Positions 28,085 through 38,231 of a DNA stretch of 49,970 nucleotides are shown here, piece after piece (position 1 is the stretch's first letter; every line of letters begins with the position of its first letter). The stretch spans positions 1 to 49,970 of the forward strand of contig CAYVBV010000002.1 in the NCBI GenBank assembly GCA_964449745.1, read 5' to 3'. The DNA comes from an uncultured Polynucleobacter sp. (GTDB lineage: Bacteria; Pseudomonadota; Gammaproteobacteria; Burkholderiales; Burkholderiaceae). Below the pieces are notes generated by a model. The model was not told the origin of the DNA and ran no database searches. It saw nothing but the letters and a program-made list of their open reading frames with translations. The position numbers were made by a program, and so were the translations under genes.

Positions 28085-29509
28085 CTACTTTCTGTACTCT
28101 GCAAGTAGCTTCATAAGCTCTTGTCTTACTTTCTCCAGCTCATCTGTAACTTTTCTATCCGCACAGCCAGCAAGATATATTAGGTCTCCCTTAACCCAGT
28201 CATCCCAATGCATCAAATACCAAACCAGGAAGCCTAGGGGCATTGAAATGGTGGGCAGTGCATCCCCATTCTTTATTTGCCCAGATGCCGCTAAGAGAGC
28301 AAGGGTAATCTGCTGGGACTGTTCTCTCGCCAGAGCAATATCTTCTGGCTGAGGGTTAGGGTCCTCGATAGCAATTTCGGGCTGGTCGGGTCCAGTCTCA
28401 ATTGTACCCATAGATCTCAGATTGCTAAGATTGTTTAGGAGAGATAGCTTTTCTCTCATTTCCTTGCTAGAAAGGTTTAGGTGCTTCTGAATTTCCTCTG
28501 TGCTAGGGGTTCTACCAAGAGTTTCTTCCAGCTTCTGGATAGCTCTGGAAAACTTAATTTCAATATCAGTTGCAGTCCTACCATAAGCAGAGCGGTTAAG
28601 GTCATGAACCTTCCTCTTCATCTGGTTAGCCACCCATGTACCGAAAGGGGCTTTCTTGGAGGGGTCGAATGATGTAACTAACTCAAGAACCCATTGAGCC
28701 ACATATCCGTCAATGTCGTCTCTGTCTCCAACAATCTTCTGCATAGCGGTTCCACTCTTCGCCGCTATGATACCTCTTGCGAATGGAACGTTGTGTCTTA
28801 GAAGCTCCTCCAAGAATTTCTTCGGAAGCTTTCCAATGTCTCTACGCTTAACTTCCTTAGCATCTCGGACACCTTCGTTTGGAATGTCATTAGCCTTGAA
28901 CCATTCCGACACTACTTCCTTCACAGGAGCACCGCTAATCGCAGAGATAGTGATTAGCCCTTCTGGGGACTCTGACACATCCCAACCTGGGAATGCACTC
29001 TTCATCTTTTCTAGAGGTAGGTTAATAGATGGTCTAACGTGTACCACGTCTCTAGAAACTAGAGGTGCGTAAGCCCAGCCTTCCCATTCTGAAATTCCTG
29101 CATAGTAGGCAACATTACCGTGGTCCTGCTCTACTACGACGCCTTGTACGTTTCTGTTTTCTCTCTTTTTCAGAAGCCAGTGCTTAGCATACTCGGAAGG
29201 CATGCGTGCAACGCTTACTCCGTCTTTCCTATCGCTGACAACAATCTTACCATTACGCTTAGCAATCATAAGGTTATTCCGAGCGATGGCACGGCTGCCA
29301 GATTGAGCGTATTCTGCAATCGTTGCATCTCTTCCGTGTCGAGCTCTCTTACCTTCGTTTACACAACGCATGTAGTCAGTACTAAGTGCTCCAATTTTTC
29401 CAGCTTCTAATACTTCTTCAACTGTATGAACTTTATTGTCTGATAGCAGGTCGTACATTGCTGCCGTAGCAGGAGAAACCAAAATTGATAGTGTTTGTCT
29501 TTTCGCCAT
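28085..29509 (-). CDS. FliA/WhiG (sigma28)-like sigma factor with long N-terminal extension (paralog 1)
   Basis: ELVTSFDPSKKAPFGTWVANQMKRKVHDLNR (region 2), AIQKLEETLGRTPSTEEIQKHLNLS (region 3), degenerate region 4. Confidence 0.75.
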   Translation of the reverse strand: MAKRQTLSILVSPATAAMYDLLSDNKVHTVEEVLEAGKIGALSTDYMRCVNEGKRARHGRDATIAEYAQSGSRAIARNNLMIAKRNGKIVVSDRKDGVSVARMPSEYAKHWLLKKRENRNVQGVVVEQDHGNVAYYAGISEWEGWAYAPLVSRDVVHVRPSINLPLEKMKSAFPGWDVSESPEGLITISAISGAPVKEVVSEWFKANDIPNEGVRDAKEVKRRDIGKLPKKFLEELLRHNVPFARGIIAAKSGTAMQKIVGDRDDIDGYVAQWVLELVTSFDPSKKAPFGTWVANQMKRKVHDLNRSAYGRTATDIEIKFSRAIQKLEETLGRTPSTEEIQKHLNLSSKEMREKLSLLNNLSNLRSMGTIETGPDQPEIAIEDPNPQPEDIALAREQSQQITLALLAASGQIKNGDALPTISMPLGFLVWYLMHWDDWVKGDLIYLAGCADRKVTDELEKVRQELMKLLAEYRK

Positions 29510-29518
29510 TTTTATACC

Positions 29519-29926
29519 TTAGTTCCTTTTCAATTTCTCTAGTGCGATTTGTGCTGATTCTCTTTCGCTGTCTCCTAGGTGAGGAGGTGCACAAAAGATT
29601 GGTCTTGCATAGTATAGAGTTTTTACTGTGTCCCAAATGAATTGGTATCCTGCGTTTACCTGTTCGCTAGTACCTTGTAATGCGGCACGGGCAGGTCCCA
29701 TAGAAACTTTGATAATTAGTATTGACTCATTCGCCTCTTCTCTTTCCTGGGCGATATGAAACTCCGCTTTAGGATGGCGATTCCCAACTGCTTGTAGTCT
29801 ACCTACAGTTAGAGTTCTTTCTGCTACTGGAACTTTTAGTTCTAAATAAACATTTATTGGTTGTTCTGGGTCTAGCTGATCAGCACCTTTAGAATATTTC
29901 CTTGGGTTAGCAGAAGTTTTGGTCAT
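29519..29926 (-). CDS. Hypothetical protein
   Basis: 135-aa ORF with SD GGAGG, immediately upstream of the sigma-like gene. Confidence 0.75.
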   Translation of the reverse strand: MTKTSANPRKYSKGADQLDPEQPINVYLELKVPVAERTLTVGRLQAVGNRHPKAEFHIAQEREEANESILIIKVSMGPARAALQGTSEQVNAGYQFIWDTVKTLYYARPIFCAPPHLGDSERESAQIALEKLKRN

Positions 29927-30004
29927 ATTTTATTTTCCTCCGGTTTCGGGGTCTTTCGACTCCACTAATAACAATCTACGTCCAGGTTCTAGTCTCCAAG
30001 ATTC

Positions 30005-30010
30005 CCGATA
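30005..30010 (+). promoter_or_regulatory. CCGATA motif upstream of the DivIVA-like gene (second copy CCGATT at 30070-30075)
   Basis: cCCGATAgatagttataat. Confidence 0.6.
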
Positions 30011-30085
30011 GATAGTTATAATATTAATATAACGAATTTATAAATAAGATTATTCCAGTTTTGGACGTCCCGATTAGGAGAGATA

Positions 30086-30928
30086 GTGGAAAACACACCA
30101 GATAACACTACCCCTAATCCTTTAACTAAAGAACAAGTTGACGCAGTACGCTTCCAAGTTGCAAAGCCTGGATATGCTTTTCCTCAGGTAGAAGCTTTCA
30201 TAGAAAAAGTAAAAAGCACGCTTACGTTCTTAGAAAAAGAGATGGCTAAGGATAAGATTGCATTAGCCGAAGCACAAGATGAAATAGAACTTTTATCCGA
30301 AAGGTCCGAAACTCTTAATGCTACATTAGAGATTTTTAGAGTAAAGGGAGACGCACTAGTAAATGCTGATGGCGAATATGTTACCGAAAGCCAAACAAAC
30401 AACACACAAAAACTTATAGAAGAAAATAACTACCTAAAAGAACAGCTTCGCATAGCACAGGAAGATGCTAATGCTGGATGGGAAGCCGAAGCAGAGTTAA
30501 GAAAGTACATAGAAGTACAGCTACTACCTTGGCTAGAGAAAAACAAAAACACAATTGTTGCAAACCTCGATAATGATAAAGATGAAGCAAAGATAGAAGA
30601 AAAGCAAGAGCCTTTGTTAGGTAGCGAAGAAGATAATACCCCAGATTCAGAGTTCCTGCTTGAAGAAGAGGAACCAGAAACAGTAGCTGAAATAGATGAG
30701 ATAGAGGAAGAAGCCCCTATAGAATCTTCCTCAGAGGCATCACATGAGGTCGCAGGGGGAGAAGAAGATACTTGGCTAGAAGAGGCAGAAGGCGACGAGG
30801 AAGCAGACCTAGATGATATCTCTAATATTACTTTTGAAGAGGTTTTAGAGCACCCAGAACATATCACAGTTTCTTTAAATAATGAGCCTCTTATAGGGTC
30901 GGAAGACGAATCAGACTGGTTTAAATAA
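30086..30928 (+). CDS. DivIVA-domain protein with coiled coil and very acidic tail
   Basis: LTKEQVDAVRFQVAKPGYAFPQVEAFIEKV matches the DivIVA N-terminal motif; GTG start after AGGAG. Confidence 0.75.
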   Translation: MENTPDNTTPNPLTKEQVDAVRFQVAKPGYAFPQVEAFIEKVKSTLTFLEKEMAKDKIALAEAQDEIELLSERSETLNATLEIFRVKGDALVNADGEYVTESQTNNTQKLIEENNYLKEQLRIAQEDANAGWEAEAELRKYIEVQLLPWLEKNKNTIVANLDNDKDEAKIEEKQEPLLGSEEDNTPDSEFLLEEEEPETVAEIDEIEEEAPIESSSEASHEVAGGEEDTWLEEAEGDEEADLDDISNITFEEVLEHPEHITVSLNNEPLIGSEDESDWFK

Positions 30929-30968
30929 AAAAAGTGAGGGCTTAAGTTGCAAGCCCTCACTTTTATTT
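30926..30968. terminator. Bidirectional intrinsic terminator
   Basis: AAAAGTGAGGGCTT/AAGCCCTCACTTTT stem flanked by A and T runs between convergent genes. Confidence 0.85.
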
Positions 30969-30978
30969 AATTCTAATG

Positions 30979-31170
30979 TTATAGACCGTTAATGTCGTTA
31001 ACAGCGTTGTTGCCCTGCTGCTGGATAGCATCAAGAATTGGTGGGAATACTAGAACGATCAACCCGGTAACAATCGCAAGGATTAGGATTACCTGAGCCG
31101 CTTCCATTCCGCGCTCATCATTCTTCATCATTAGATACTTTTCAAGCATAGCGTTCATCAATCGTTTCAT
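30979..31170 (-). CDS. Flp/type IVb-like pilin
   Basis: 63 aa; DERG|MEAAQVILILAIVTGLIVLV class III signal; SD AGGAGGTG. Confidence 0.8.
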   Translation of the reverse strand: MKRLMNAMLEKYLMMKNDERGMEAAQVILILAIVTGLIVLVFPPILDAIQQQGNNAVNDINGL

Positions 31171-31228
31171 CTTTCACCTCCTAGCCCCGTTGTTGAGGGC
31201 TTTGGGATATTCCCTCCTACAAAAATAA

Positions 31229-31235
31229 TATCGGC
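31229..31235 (-). promoter_or_regulatory. GCCGATA motif upstream of the Flp pilin
   Basis: GCCGATAttattttt on the minus strand. Confidence 0.7.
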
Positions 31236-31239
31236 GTTA

Positions 31240-32157
31240 TTATTCTTCATTATTGTCATTTCCTAACGAATCTTTTTTCATCTGCCAAATTTGTTTAAAA
31301 GAGTTTAGGTTTTCGATTGCCGAATCTAAATTCTTATCTATCATGTCATACCTCTCATTAGGTATAGTATCTATTACCTCTTCAATGCTTTCTGGTAATC
31401 CTGCAAGAGCAGTCAGTGAAGAATAGATGTCGTGAGAAGCATTAACTAACTTACGAATCTTTGCCAAATCTTGAGTCTGTTTTTCCAGTGTTGGTTCGAC
31501 AGGAGCGGTGCCAGGTTCTAAAAGAATGGAAGGCACATCGATTTTACTAGGAGCTAGAGGAGCTTTTAGGGTAGGCTCTGAACTCTCAGATGAATAAACT
31601 AATGTATCTGCCTGTATTACAGGAGGCACAGAATCGGAATCCGAGGTTTCCCCTAGGTTGATGTCTGTCTCAAAAACAGGGTTTACATCCTCATGTGCTT
31701 TTTCTCGATACTTCGCTAGAATTTCTTCAGTGACTTTCTCAGCTTCTTTAGGGTCAAGTCCTTCAGTAGCTTTTCTGATTTCTGGTACTGCTTCTTCTAG
31801 AACAACTTTTAACTCTCTTGCCGCTGCTTCTGAAATCTTAACTTCGCTACCTTGAGGTAAAGCAGATTGAATTTCGGAAATAACCTTAGCCTGGTCTAAT
31901 AGCTGGTAAGAGCGTGAACGGGACATGTTGAATTCGGATTTAACGTAATCTTCCCACGAGTCGTATCCAAGAGCTTTCCACGCTTTACCTGCGTGTGCTC
32001 TTGCTATTAGAATCCAGATAACCTCTGCTGCATCCCTTATGGAATGAGTTATTTGCTTCGCTTGTTCATTGTTCAGAGGGCTTTTGTCAATAGCAATATC
32101 TAATATAGAGTCAGTCTCTTTTGTGAGACCTACTCCAACATTTTCGTTTTCGCTCAT
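31240..32157 (-). CDS. Putative DNA-binding protein (WxALGYxSW...SRSRSYQL HTH-like family of actinobacterial mobile elements)
   Basis: AWKALGYDSWEDYVKSEFNMSRSRSYQLLDQA. Confidence 0.6.
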   Translation of the reverse strand: MSENENVGVGLTKETDSILDIAIDKSPLNNEQAKQITHSIRDAAEVIWILIARAHAGKAWKALGYDSWEDYVKSEFNMSRSRSYQLLDQAKVISEIQSALPQGSEVKISEAAARELKVVLEEAVPEIRKATEGLDPKEAEKVTEEILAKYREKAHEDVNPVFETDINLGETSDSDSVPPVIQADTLVYSSESSEPTLKAPLAPSKIDVPSILLEPGTAPVEPTLEKQTQDLAKIRKLVNASHDIYSSLTALAGLPESIEEVIDTIPNERYDMIDKNLDSAIENLNSFKQIWQMKKDSLGNDNNEE

Positions 32158-32165
32158 ATTATTTG

Positions 32166-32171
32166 TATCGG
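32166..32171 (-). promoter_or_regulatory. CCGATA motif
   Basis: cCCGATAcaaataatATG (8-nt spacer, no SD). Confidence 0.75.
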
Positions 32172-32177
32172 GATTAC

Positions 32178-34574
32178 CTATGCGTCGATTGCAGCGTCTG
32201 AAACAATACCAATCTTACCATTATCAGGGACTACTTCCATAATCGTAGAGCCGCCTTCATCGGAAGCGACAACCTCGGCAACTAGGTCTACCATGTCTGT
32301 GGCTTCCGAAACGTGGTTAATAGTGATAATCTGGCGAGGTAGTACTCTAATCGCCCCCATAGTAGATTGCCTACGGGATGCGTCTTGTGCGGTTAAGGCT
32401 TCATCTAAGACTAGCATTCCTCCTCGCTGCCCAGCAAGAACTTCGCCAATCGCTACTCTTAAAGCCAAAGCGACTGCAGATTCCTCCCCGCCAGAAAGCC
32501 AAGCAACAGGTCTTTCTGCCCCTGAGGCATCAGTCAGAATAGGAGTAAAGTCCTCATCTAACATTACAGAAGTATATTTACCATCTGTCATGCGAGATAC
32601 AAAGTCGCTTGCAACCTCCGAAAGCTCAGGAGTTAGCCTTGCTAATCTGTCTCGGCGGAACTCGTCTAATGTAGTAGCCGCAGCGGTTTTAGACTCTACC
32701 TCTGCAAGCATAACTTTTCTGCGGTCTTCTTCTATTGCGATAGTTTCGATTGCTGACTCAATAGAATCAATCTGGTTCTTGTTTATTCTAATATTTGAAC
32801 CAAGTTCCCTTGCCGTTTCATTTGTAGAACTGTATTCTTCTTCTAAAGCTTCTACCTCTGATTCTAACTCTGCGAGGTCATATTTCGCTGCATCGGCAGA
32901 TGCCTCTTCAAATTCGGCAACTAACTCTTCGAATTTTCTAGTCTTCTCTACAAGGCTATCCTTCAAATCAGGTAGTGCTTTTTTAGCCTCGATAGCAGTC
33001 TCTAGTTTAGCTAGCTCTCCGATTAGCTCTTTCTGCCTAGCCACTAGGGATGTATATTCTTCGGTTAGAGCCGATACGTCAATTTCAGAGGTACCTAGAG
33101 CATCAACGTTTTCCTGAGCCGCTACAAGTTCAGATTCATATAGCCCAATCTGTTCGATAACACTTTCTAGGTCTTCTTCAAGAGTTTCCGAAGCTCGCTG
33201 CTTTGATTCTAATATACTTATTTCTGAACGGACAGCGTTTACTCTCTCCTGAACTTCAACCAGTTGAGAATTAATTTGTTTCCCTCTAGTCTCTACTTCG
33301 TTCAAAGAGGAATTCAAAGAGGTTAGCAAAATCTCAACATCTAAAATATCGCTATTACAGGTAGGACATTTCGCATTTCCCTCGTCTTCATGAGAGTGAG
33401 AAGTTAGAGTTTCAATTGCTTTCTTTAGTCTGTCCCATTCTCCTCTTGCCGCTCCCTTATCTGCGGTTAAAGTTGACTCTTCTTCTTGTGCAGCCGCTAG
33501 GTTTTCCTTTGCCGACTCCAATGATTTAGCAGTAGCTTTTCCATTAGCAGTTTTAATTTCTTCTTCAATGCTAACCTTTTGGCTTTGCAAAGTTGAGATT
33601 GTTTCTTTTAATCTTTCTAAACTAGTTAATGCTCTTGAAAGTTCTTGTGAGCGTGCTTTATCTGCTTGCAGAGAATCTGATATCTCTACGATTCTCGCGT
33701 CCACTGTCGCTTGTTCTTCTAGTAGTGCATCGCTATTTGACGCTAGCTTTGCTAGCTTGTCTGCTTCTGCCACTTTAACGTCTAGATCGGCAAGTCTGTC
33801 TTCTTCTAATTCGATCTTGTTTTCTAGTTCGGAAGTTCTTCTAATGGTTTCACGACCATTAACTAAGTCAGCCTTTGCCGCTTCTAGCTTAGACTTCAAT
33901 CCTTCAAGCTTTTTATCTAATTCGGACTTATCTGCCTCAAATTTTGTTGTCTCTGCTTCAAGCCCATTACGCTGTTCCTCTAAAACTACTGCACTTTGAA
34001 TAGGAGGTAATGCGTCATAACTTTTCTGTGCGAGACGAGCCTCAGCTCTTGCTAATTCGAGAGCCTTACTCATACGCTCAATACCAGCTAGACGCTCGAT
34101 TGTTTTACGTCTTTCCGCAGGGCGTGCACGAACGAGTGAATCTAATTCTTTTTGTCGCACGATAAAAGCAGTTAGGAAAGCTTCTGAATCTAACCCAAAG
34201 CGGTTTATAATCCAGTTAGTCGCTGTTTTAGAAGATACGTTAGTTTGCTCGACGCCATCAACTTCAATAGAGGCTACAGTAGTATCGTTCCTTCCTCGAA
34301 TTGCTCGTGATACGATAACTGTTTGCCCGTCATGCCTTAGCGTTACTTTAACCTCTACGTCGCCTTCAGAGCCCTGCCTTCTTAAAGCACCTACTCGAAC
34401 GCCGTCTGGGGTAATACCATATAGAGCCCAAACTATTGCGTGGACAACGCTAGACTTTCCCATACCATTGGCACCATTAATCGCAGTCATACCTTGCCCA
34501 ACACCTAGTGGTTCGAATACGGCATGGGAGAAAGAACGGAAGTTTGTTAGCTCTACGGTTACTAATTCAATCAT
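32178..34574 (-). CDS. sbcC: SbcC/Rad50-like SMC ATPase
   Basis: NGANGMGKSS, long coiled coil with CPTC zinc hook, LSGGE signature, LVLDE, INH. Confidence 0.92.
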   Translation of the reverse strand: MIELVTVELTNFRSFSHAVFEPLGVGQGMTAINGANGMGKSSVVHAIVWALYGITPDGVRVGALRRQGSEGDVEVKVTLRHDGQTVIVSRAIRGRNDTTVASIEVDGVEQTNVSSKTATNWIINRFGLDSEAFLTAFIVRQKELDSLVRARPAERRKTIERLAGIERMSKALELARAEARLAQKSYDALPPIQSAVVLEEQRNGLEAETTKFEADKSELDKKLEGLKSKLEAAKADLVNGRETIRRTSELENKIELEEDRLADLDVKVAEADKLAKLASNSDALLEEQATVDARIVEISDSLQADKARSQELSRALTSLERLKETISTLQSQKVSIEEEIKTANGKATAKSLESAKENLAAAQEEESTLTADKGAARGEWDRLKKAIETLTSHSHEDEGNAKCPTCNSDILDVEILLTSLNSSLNEVETRGKQINSQLVEVQERVNAVRSEISILESKQRASETLEEDLESVIEQIGLYESELVAAQENVDALGTSEIDVSALTEEYTSLVARQKELIGELAKLETAIEAKKALPDLKDSLVEKTRKFEELVAEFEEASADAAKYDLAELESEVEALEEEYSSTNETARELGSNIRINKNQIDSIESAIETIAIEEDRRKVMLAEVESKTAAATTLDEFRRDRLARLTPELSEVASDFVSRMTDGKYTSVMLDEDFTPILTDASGAERPVAWLSGGEESAVALALRVAIGEVLAGQRGGMLVLDEALTAQDASRRQSTMGAIRVLPRQIITINHVSEATDMVDLVAEVVASDEGGSTIMEVVPDNGKIGIVSDAAIDA

Positions 34575-35803
34575 TACTGCATCCCTCCTAACTCACTAGA
34601 ACCAGTTTCGGAATCAATTGAAACAGCTCTCAAATGAGAAACGCAGTTAGCCTTAACAGACTCTTTTAGATTCTTAGGAATAGAGGCTAGCTCAGAATAC
34701 TCATCATACCATCCATCAAACATTGTCGGAAGGTCGGAGCTACCCGCTGTTGAGAGCGAGATTACTGCTCTATCTGCTTCTTTCTCCTCTACGAAGTCAG
34801 TTTCCATCGGTCTTATAAACTCAGCTTGCCAAACTAATGCTTCTTCTACGATAGCGTTTATCTTGCGGTTGTCTACGCCTCTTCTCACTGCAAGCGGGCA
34901 ATTGATAACTCTCTGACGGACAATAGCATCTTTTACTTTAATCTCACTCAGATTTTTTAGCATAAGTTTTTCTACTTCTTCTCCTGTGAGCCCTGTTGCA
35001 TCAATGTGCGGAAGGTCAAATTGAGGACGCTGCTTAATATACTTTGGGGTAATGCTTACTTTTCCGTCGTCGCCAATCTCTACTAGAAGCCAACCTCTTC
35101 CACCTTCAGGGTCGGAGAAGCCTCTACGAAGTAAAGAACCCGCATACCAAATTTGACCTTTATCGCCCTCGTTGAAACCTGGCAAGGCACCCATACCATG
35201 ATAGTGTCCCAGAAGAGCAGCGTCCCAGCTCCTAGTCAGAATGTCATATCCAATAACTGCTTCACCTGGGGAGTCAACTGTAGCAAAAATCTCGTGTCCT
35301 GGAATCTGTGCGGCACCGTGAGAGATAAGAATATTAATGTGTCCTTCAACTGGCTCTGGCAGTGCTCGTGCAGCTGCCGCTAGCCCTACGTGGCTTAAAG
35401 CATGTACGGTCAGGTTCTCCGCAGGCTCAAAGGAAACATAAGGCTCTGTTACCATGTGGATACCGCGTTCTGGGTCGTGCACAGCAGCAGTAGCTGGAGA
35501 TTTGCCTTTGTCGTTAGCAAAGTCGTGATTTCCTGTGACGCCAATTACTTGGATGCCTTCGCTTGCAAATCTTTCTAGTTGACGTCTTCCCCAAGCAATA
35601 TCTGAAATGGTAGGGTGTGAGCGGTGGAATAGGTCTCCTCCATGTAGTACTAAATCTACACCTTCTGTAAGCATTTGGTCTACGGTTTCCCTCATTCCAA
35701 GGTATCCGTCTCTAACTCTCATGTTTAGCCCGCTACTGTGAGAGCGGCAACGGGTAGCATAACCTAGATGAGTGTCCGCAAAGAAACCAATTTTAAACGC
35801 CAA
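34574..35803 (-). CDS. sbcD: SbcD/Mre11-like nuclease
   Basis: ADTHLG, GGDLFH, GNHD, LGHYH, YAGS; TTG start after AGGAG; coupled to sbcC. Confidence 0.92.
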   Translation of the reverse strand: MAFKIGFFADTHLGYATRCRSHSSGLNMRVRDGYLGMRETVDQMLTEGVDLVLHGGDLFHRSHPTISDIAWGRRQLERFASEGIQVIGVTGNHDFANDKGKSPATAAVHDPERGIHMVTEPYVSFEPAENLTVHALSHVGLAAAARALPEPVEGHINILISHGAAQIPGHEIFATVDSPGEAVIGYDILTRSWDAALLGHYHGMGALPGFNEGDKGQIWYAGSLLRRGFSDPEGGRGWLLVEIGDDGKVSITPKYIKQRPQFDLPHIDATGLTGEEVEKLMLKNLSEIKVKDAIVRQRVINCPLAVRRGVDNRKINAIVEEALVWQAEFIRPMETDFVEEKEADRAVISLSTAGSSDLPTMFDGWYDEYSELASIPKNLKESVKANCVSHLRAVSIDSETGSSELGGMQ

Positions 35804-35837
35804 AGTTTTTCTCCTATACTTTTATATGATACCAGAT

Positions 35838-36857
35838 TTAGTCGTCTTTTGGAAGGCAATTTGGAGAAAACCAAATGATTTCTAAATCTCTATTCGTGCG
35901 AGCCTGATTATCTGATTGTAGTCCATATCCCCCACTTGCAGTCCAAGAATATGGGGACCAGCCTGCATCCTCAAACAGTTTTGTTTCTTCATCGTCCTGA
36001 TAGGAACAATATGCTACTCTATAAGAGTTATCACCAGTTAAGCTCAACGCGTAGTCTCGTGCTTCCTTATGGATGTCTCTTGAGCCGTCGTCAGACTGAC
36101 CATACAAGTCTAGTCTGCGAGCCTTAGGGTCATAAGGTGGGTCTAAGAAAACTCCTGTTATTTTGCCTGCTGCGGCTTTTGATGCTGCTCCTTGGATTCT
36201 CTTCCAATCTCCTGAGATAAGTCTAACTCTAATAAGCCTATTTTTCAATAACTGAAACATACCATTCAGATTTTGCAAATACGAGGCATATACTTCAGAA
36301 GCATTGTTTATTCCCTTAACAGGCTTGTGTATCCCTTTACCTCCGTGGTTTCCTGCCACCATTGGCATTTTCCTATAGACACCAGGTCCAGGCTCTTCGC
36401 CTTCTTCTACCTCTGGTTTCCATGCTCCTTTGCCAGACATCCAGTCTCCACCTACCCATGCTGAGATGCCCCAAACCCACCATGCAGCCGCTTCCAAATC
36501 GTAGAACTTAGGATCCATAGCAAGTTTTTCCGCTAATGTGTTTTCATAGCGAACAAGATAAAGATGCCTTGCAGTTAAGTCTGCTTCTGCTACAGGATAT
36601 AAGGCTAATTCTGCAAGTTTATCTGGTTCGGCAGAGACAGCACGATAGAAATTGACGACATGCCCAGAAAAATCTCCAGCGGTTTCTTTTTTATTCCACC
36701 ATTCGTGGCTTTCAGGTCTAGCGAGCAAAACTGCGAGTGAACCTCCAAAAGGTTCAATGTAATTGTCTACTGGACCAAACCTAGCCCACACTTCATCCGC
36801 TACTTTATACTTGCCACCAAAATAGGGAAAGGGTGCAGATAAATTCTTTTTAGGCAT
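35838..36857 (-). CDS. DNA adenine methyltransferase (Dam/D12-like, orphan)
   Basis: PFPYFGGK, YIEPFGGS, FLDPPY. Confidence 0.85.
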   Translation of the reverse strand: MPKKNLSAPFPYFGGKYKVADEVWARFGPVDNYIEPFGGSLAVLLARPESHEWWNKKETAGDFSGHVVNFYRAVSAEPDKLAELALYPVAEADLTARHLYLVRYENTLAEKLAMDPKFYDLEAAAWWVWGISAWVGGDWMSGKGAWKPEVEEGEEPGPGVYRKMPMVAGNHGGKGIHKPVKGINNASEVYASYLQNLNGMFQLLKNRLIRVRLISGDWKRIQGAASKAAAGKITGVFLDPPYDPKARRLDLYGQSDDGSRDIHKEARDYALSLTGDNSYRVAYCSYQDDEETKLFEDAGWSPYSWTASGGYGLQSDNQARTNRDLEIIWFSPNCLPKDD

Positions 36858-36865
36858 ATTTTATA

Positions 36866-36903
36866 AATCGGCTTGCGAACCCTTAGAGAGTAATCGCCGA
36901 TAA
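36866..36903. promoter_or_regulatory. Back-to-back motifs: GCCGATT (minus, 36866-36872) and GCCGATAA (plus, 36896-36903)
   Basis: Minus copy lies 8 nt before the MTase ATG; plus copy precedes the HtrA gene. Confidence 0.75.
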
Positions 36904-36932
36904 GAGATTAGAGCCCAATTAAGGAACATATA

Positions 36933-38231
36933 TTGTCTACGCCGGAAAACACAGAACGCCACGAAGAAACTATCGACGAGGCGAACAATTACTTTTTAGA
37001 AGATGTGAATTCTGACGCTTCGAGCTTAACTAGGGAAGAAGTCGTACAGCTCGTAGAACAGTATACTAAATCCCCTAGGAAAGTTAAGCTTACTGCTACA
37101 GCAAGCATCTTGCTTCTTGTGGGAAGTATGGCAGGAGCGGCAGGTGGATTTGTATTAGGCAGCACATTCACAAATAATGCAGTTTCCAATATCTCAAACG
37201 ACGGTAAAATTACTATAACTAATCCAGAAGACGTAAACTGGATGTCCGCTGCAGCGGTTAAAGCCACCCCTTCTGTTGTAAGTATTATTTCTCGCTCTGG
37301 CGGAGGAGACGCAGCAGGCTCAGGAATTATCTATAATGAAGAAGGCTACCTAGTATCAAGTGCACACTTGTTCCTGCATTCCCAGTTTTTCCTAAATGAA
37401 GTAGAAGCAGAAGTTAGATTCTCAACAGGAGAAGTTGAATCTGCTACAGTTGTTAACGTAGATTTAACAAATGACATAGCAGTATTGAAATTAAATGAGC
37501 TACCAAGTTCTATGCCTCTTGTTCCTGCAACTTGGAGAGATTCTTCTACTTTGCAGGTAGGGGAAGAAGTTATTGCTATTGGCTCTCCTCTAGAACTAAA
37601 CAATTCTGTAACCCAGGGTATCATTTCCGCAACAGACAGAGTTATACAACTGACTAAGTTGACAGACTCCGAAGGATATGGAGAACTAGGTTTCGAAGGC
37701 GGCAATGTAAATATTGATAATGGTATCACCGTTAAGGTAATTCAGACTGATGCAGCAATTAACCCAGGTAATTCAGGTGGAGGTCTAGTTGACTCCCGTG
37801 GGAACTTCGTAGGATTGAACGCTGCAATCTCAGGTGGCGATACTATTAGAGGTCTAGGATTCTCTATACCAGCAAACAATGTGGTAAGAATAGCAGACAA
37901 TATAATTAAAAACGGCGGCACAACCAATGGTTTGTTGGGTGCAGTTGTAGGTAATAAGTTTTTCTCAGATGAAGATTTCGTTAGTTTCTCGATCGGTGCT
38001 TTGATTACAGAGCTATCAGCAGAGGGTCCTGCCGAGAAAGCAGGCATCGGAGTTAACTTTGTCGTAACAAAAGTAGAAGATAGCGTGGTTTCATCTGCAA
38101 GCGACTTAGTGGGTTTTCTAAGAACAGTGAGTAGCGGAACTCCAGTTGTTATATCTGGATATTATTTATCAGACCCAGACAATCTATTATCTTACGATGT
38201 TGTTTTAGGCTCCGCACCTAACGGTTTATAA
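36933..38231 (+). CDS. HtrA/DegP-family serine protease with TM anchor and PDZ domain
   Basis: SSAH, NDIAVLK, IQTDAAINPGNSGG; C-terminal PDZ GPAEKAGI; TTG start. Confidence 0.93.
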   Translation: MSTPENTERHEETIDEANNYFLEDVNSDASSLTREEVVQLVEQYTKSPRKVKLTATASILLLVGSMAGAAGGFVLGSTFTNNAVSNISNDGKITITNPEDVNWMSAAAVKATPSVVSIISRSGGGDAAGSGIIYNEEGYLVSSAHLFLHSQFFLNEVEAEVRFSTGEVESATVVNVDLTNDIAVLKLNELPSSMPLVPATWRDSSTLQVGEEVIAIGSPLELNNSVTQGIISATDRVIQLTKLTDSEGYGELGFEGGNVNIDNGITVKVIQTDAAINPGNSGGGLVDSRGNFVGLNAAISGGDTIRGLGFSIPANNVVRIADNIIKNGGTTNGLLGAVVGNKFFSDEDFVSFSIGALITELSAEGPAEKAGIGVNFVVTKVEDSVVSSASDLVGFLRTVSSGTPVVISGYYLSDPDNLLSYDVVLGSAPNGL

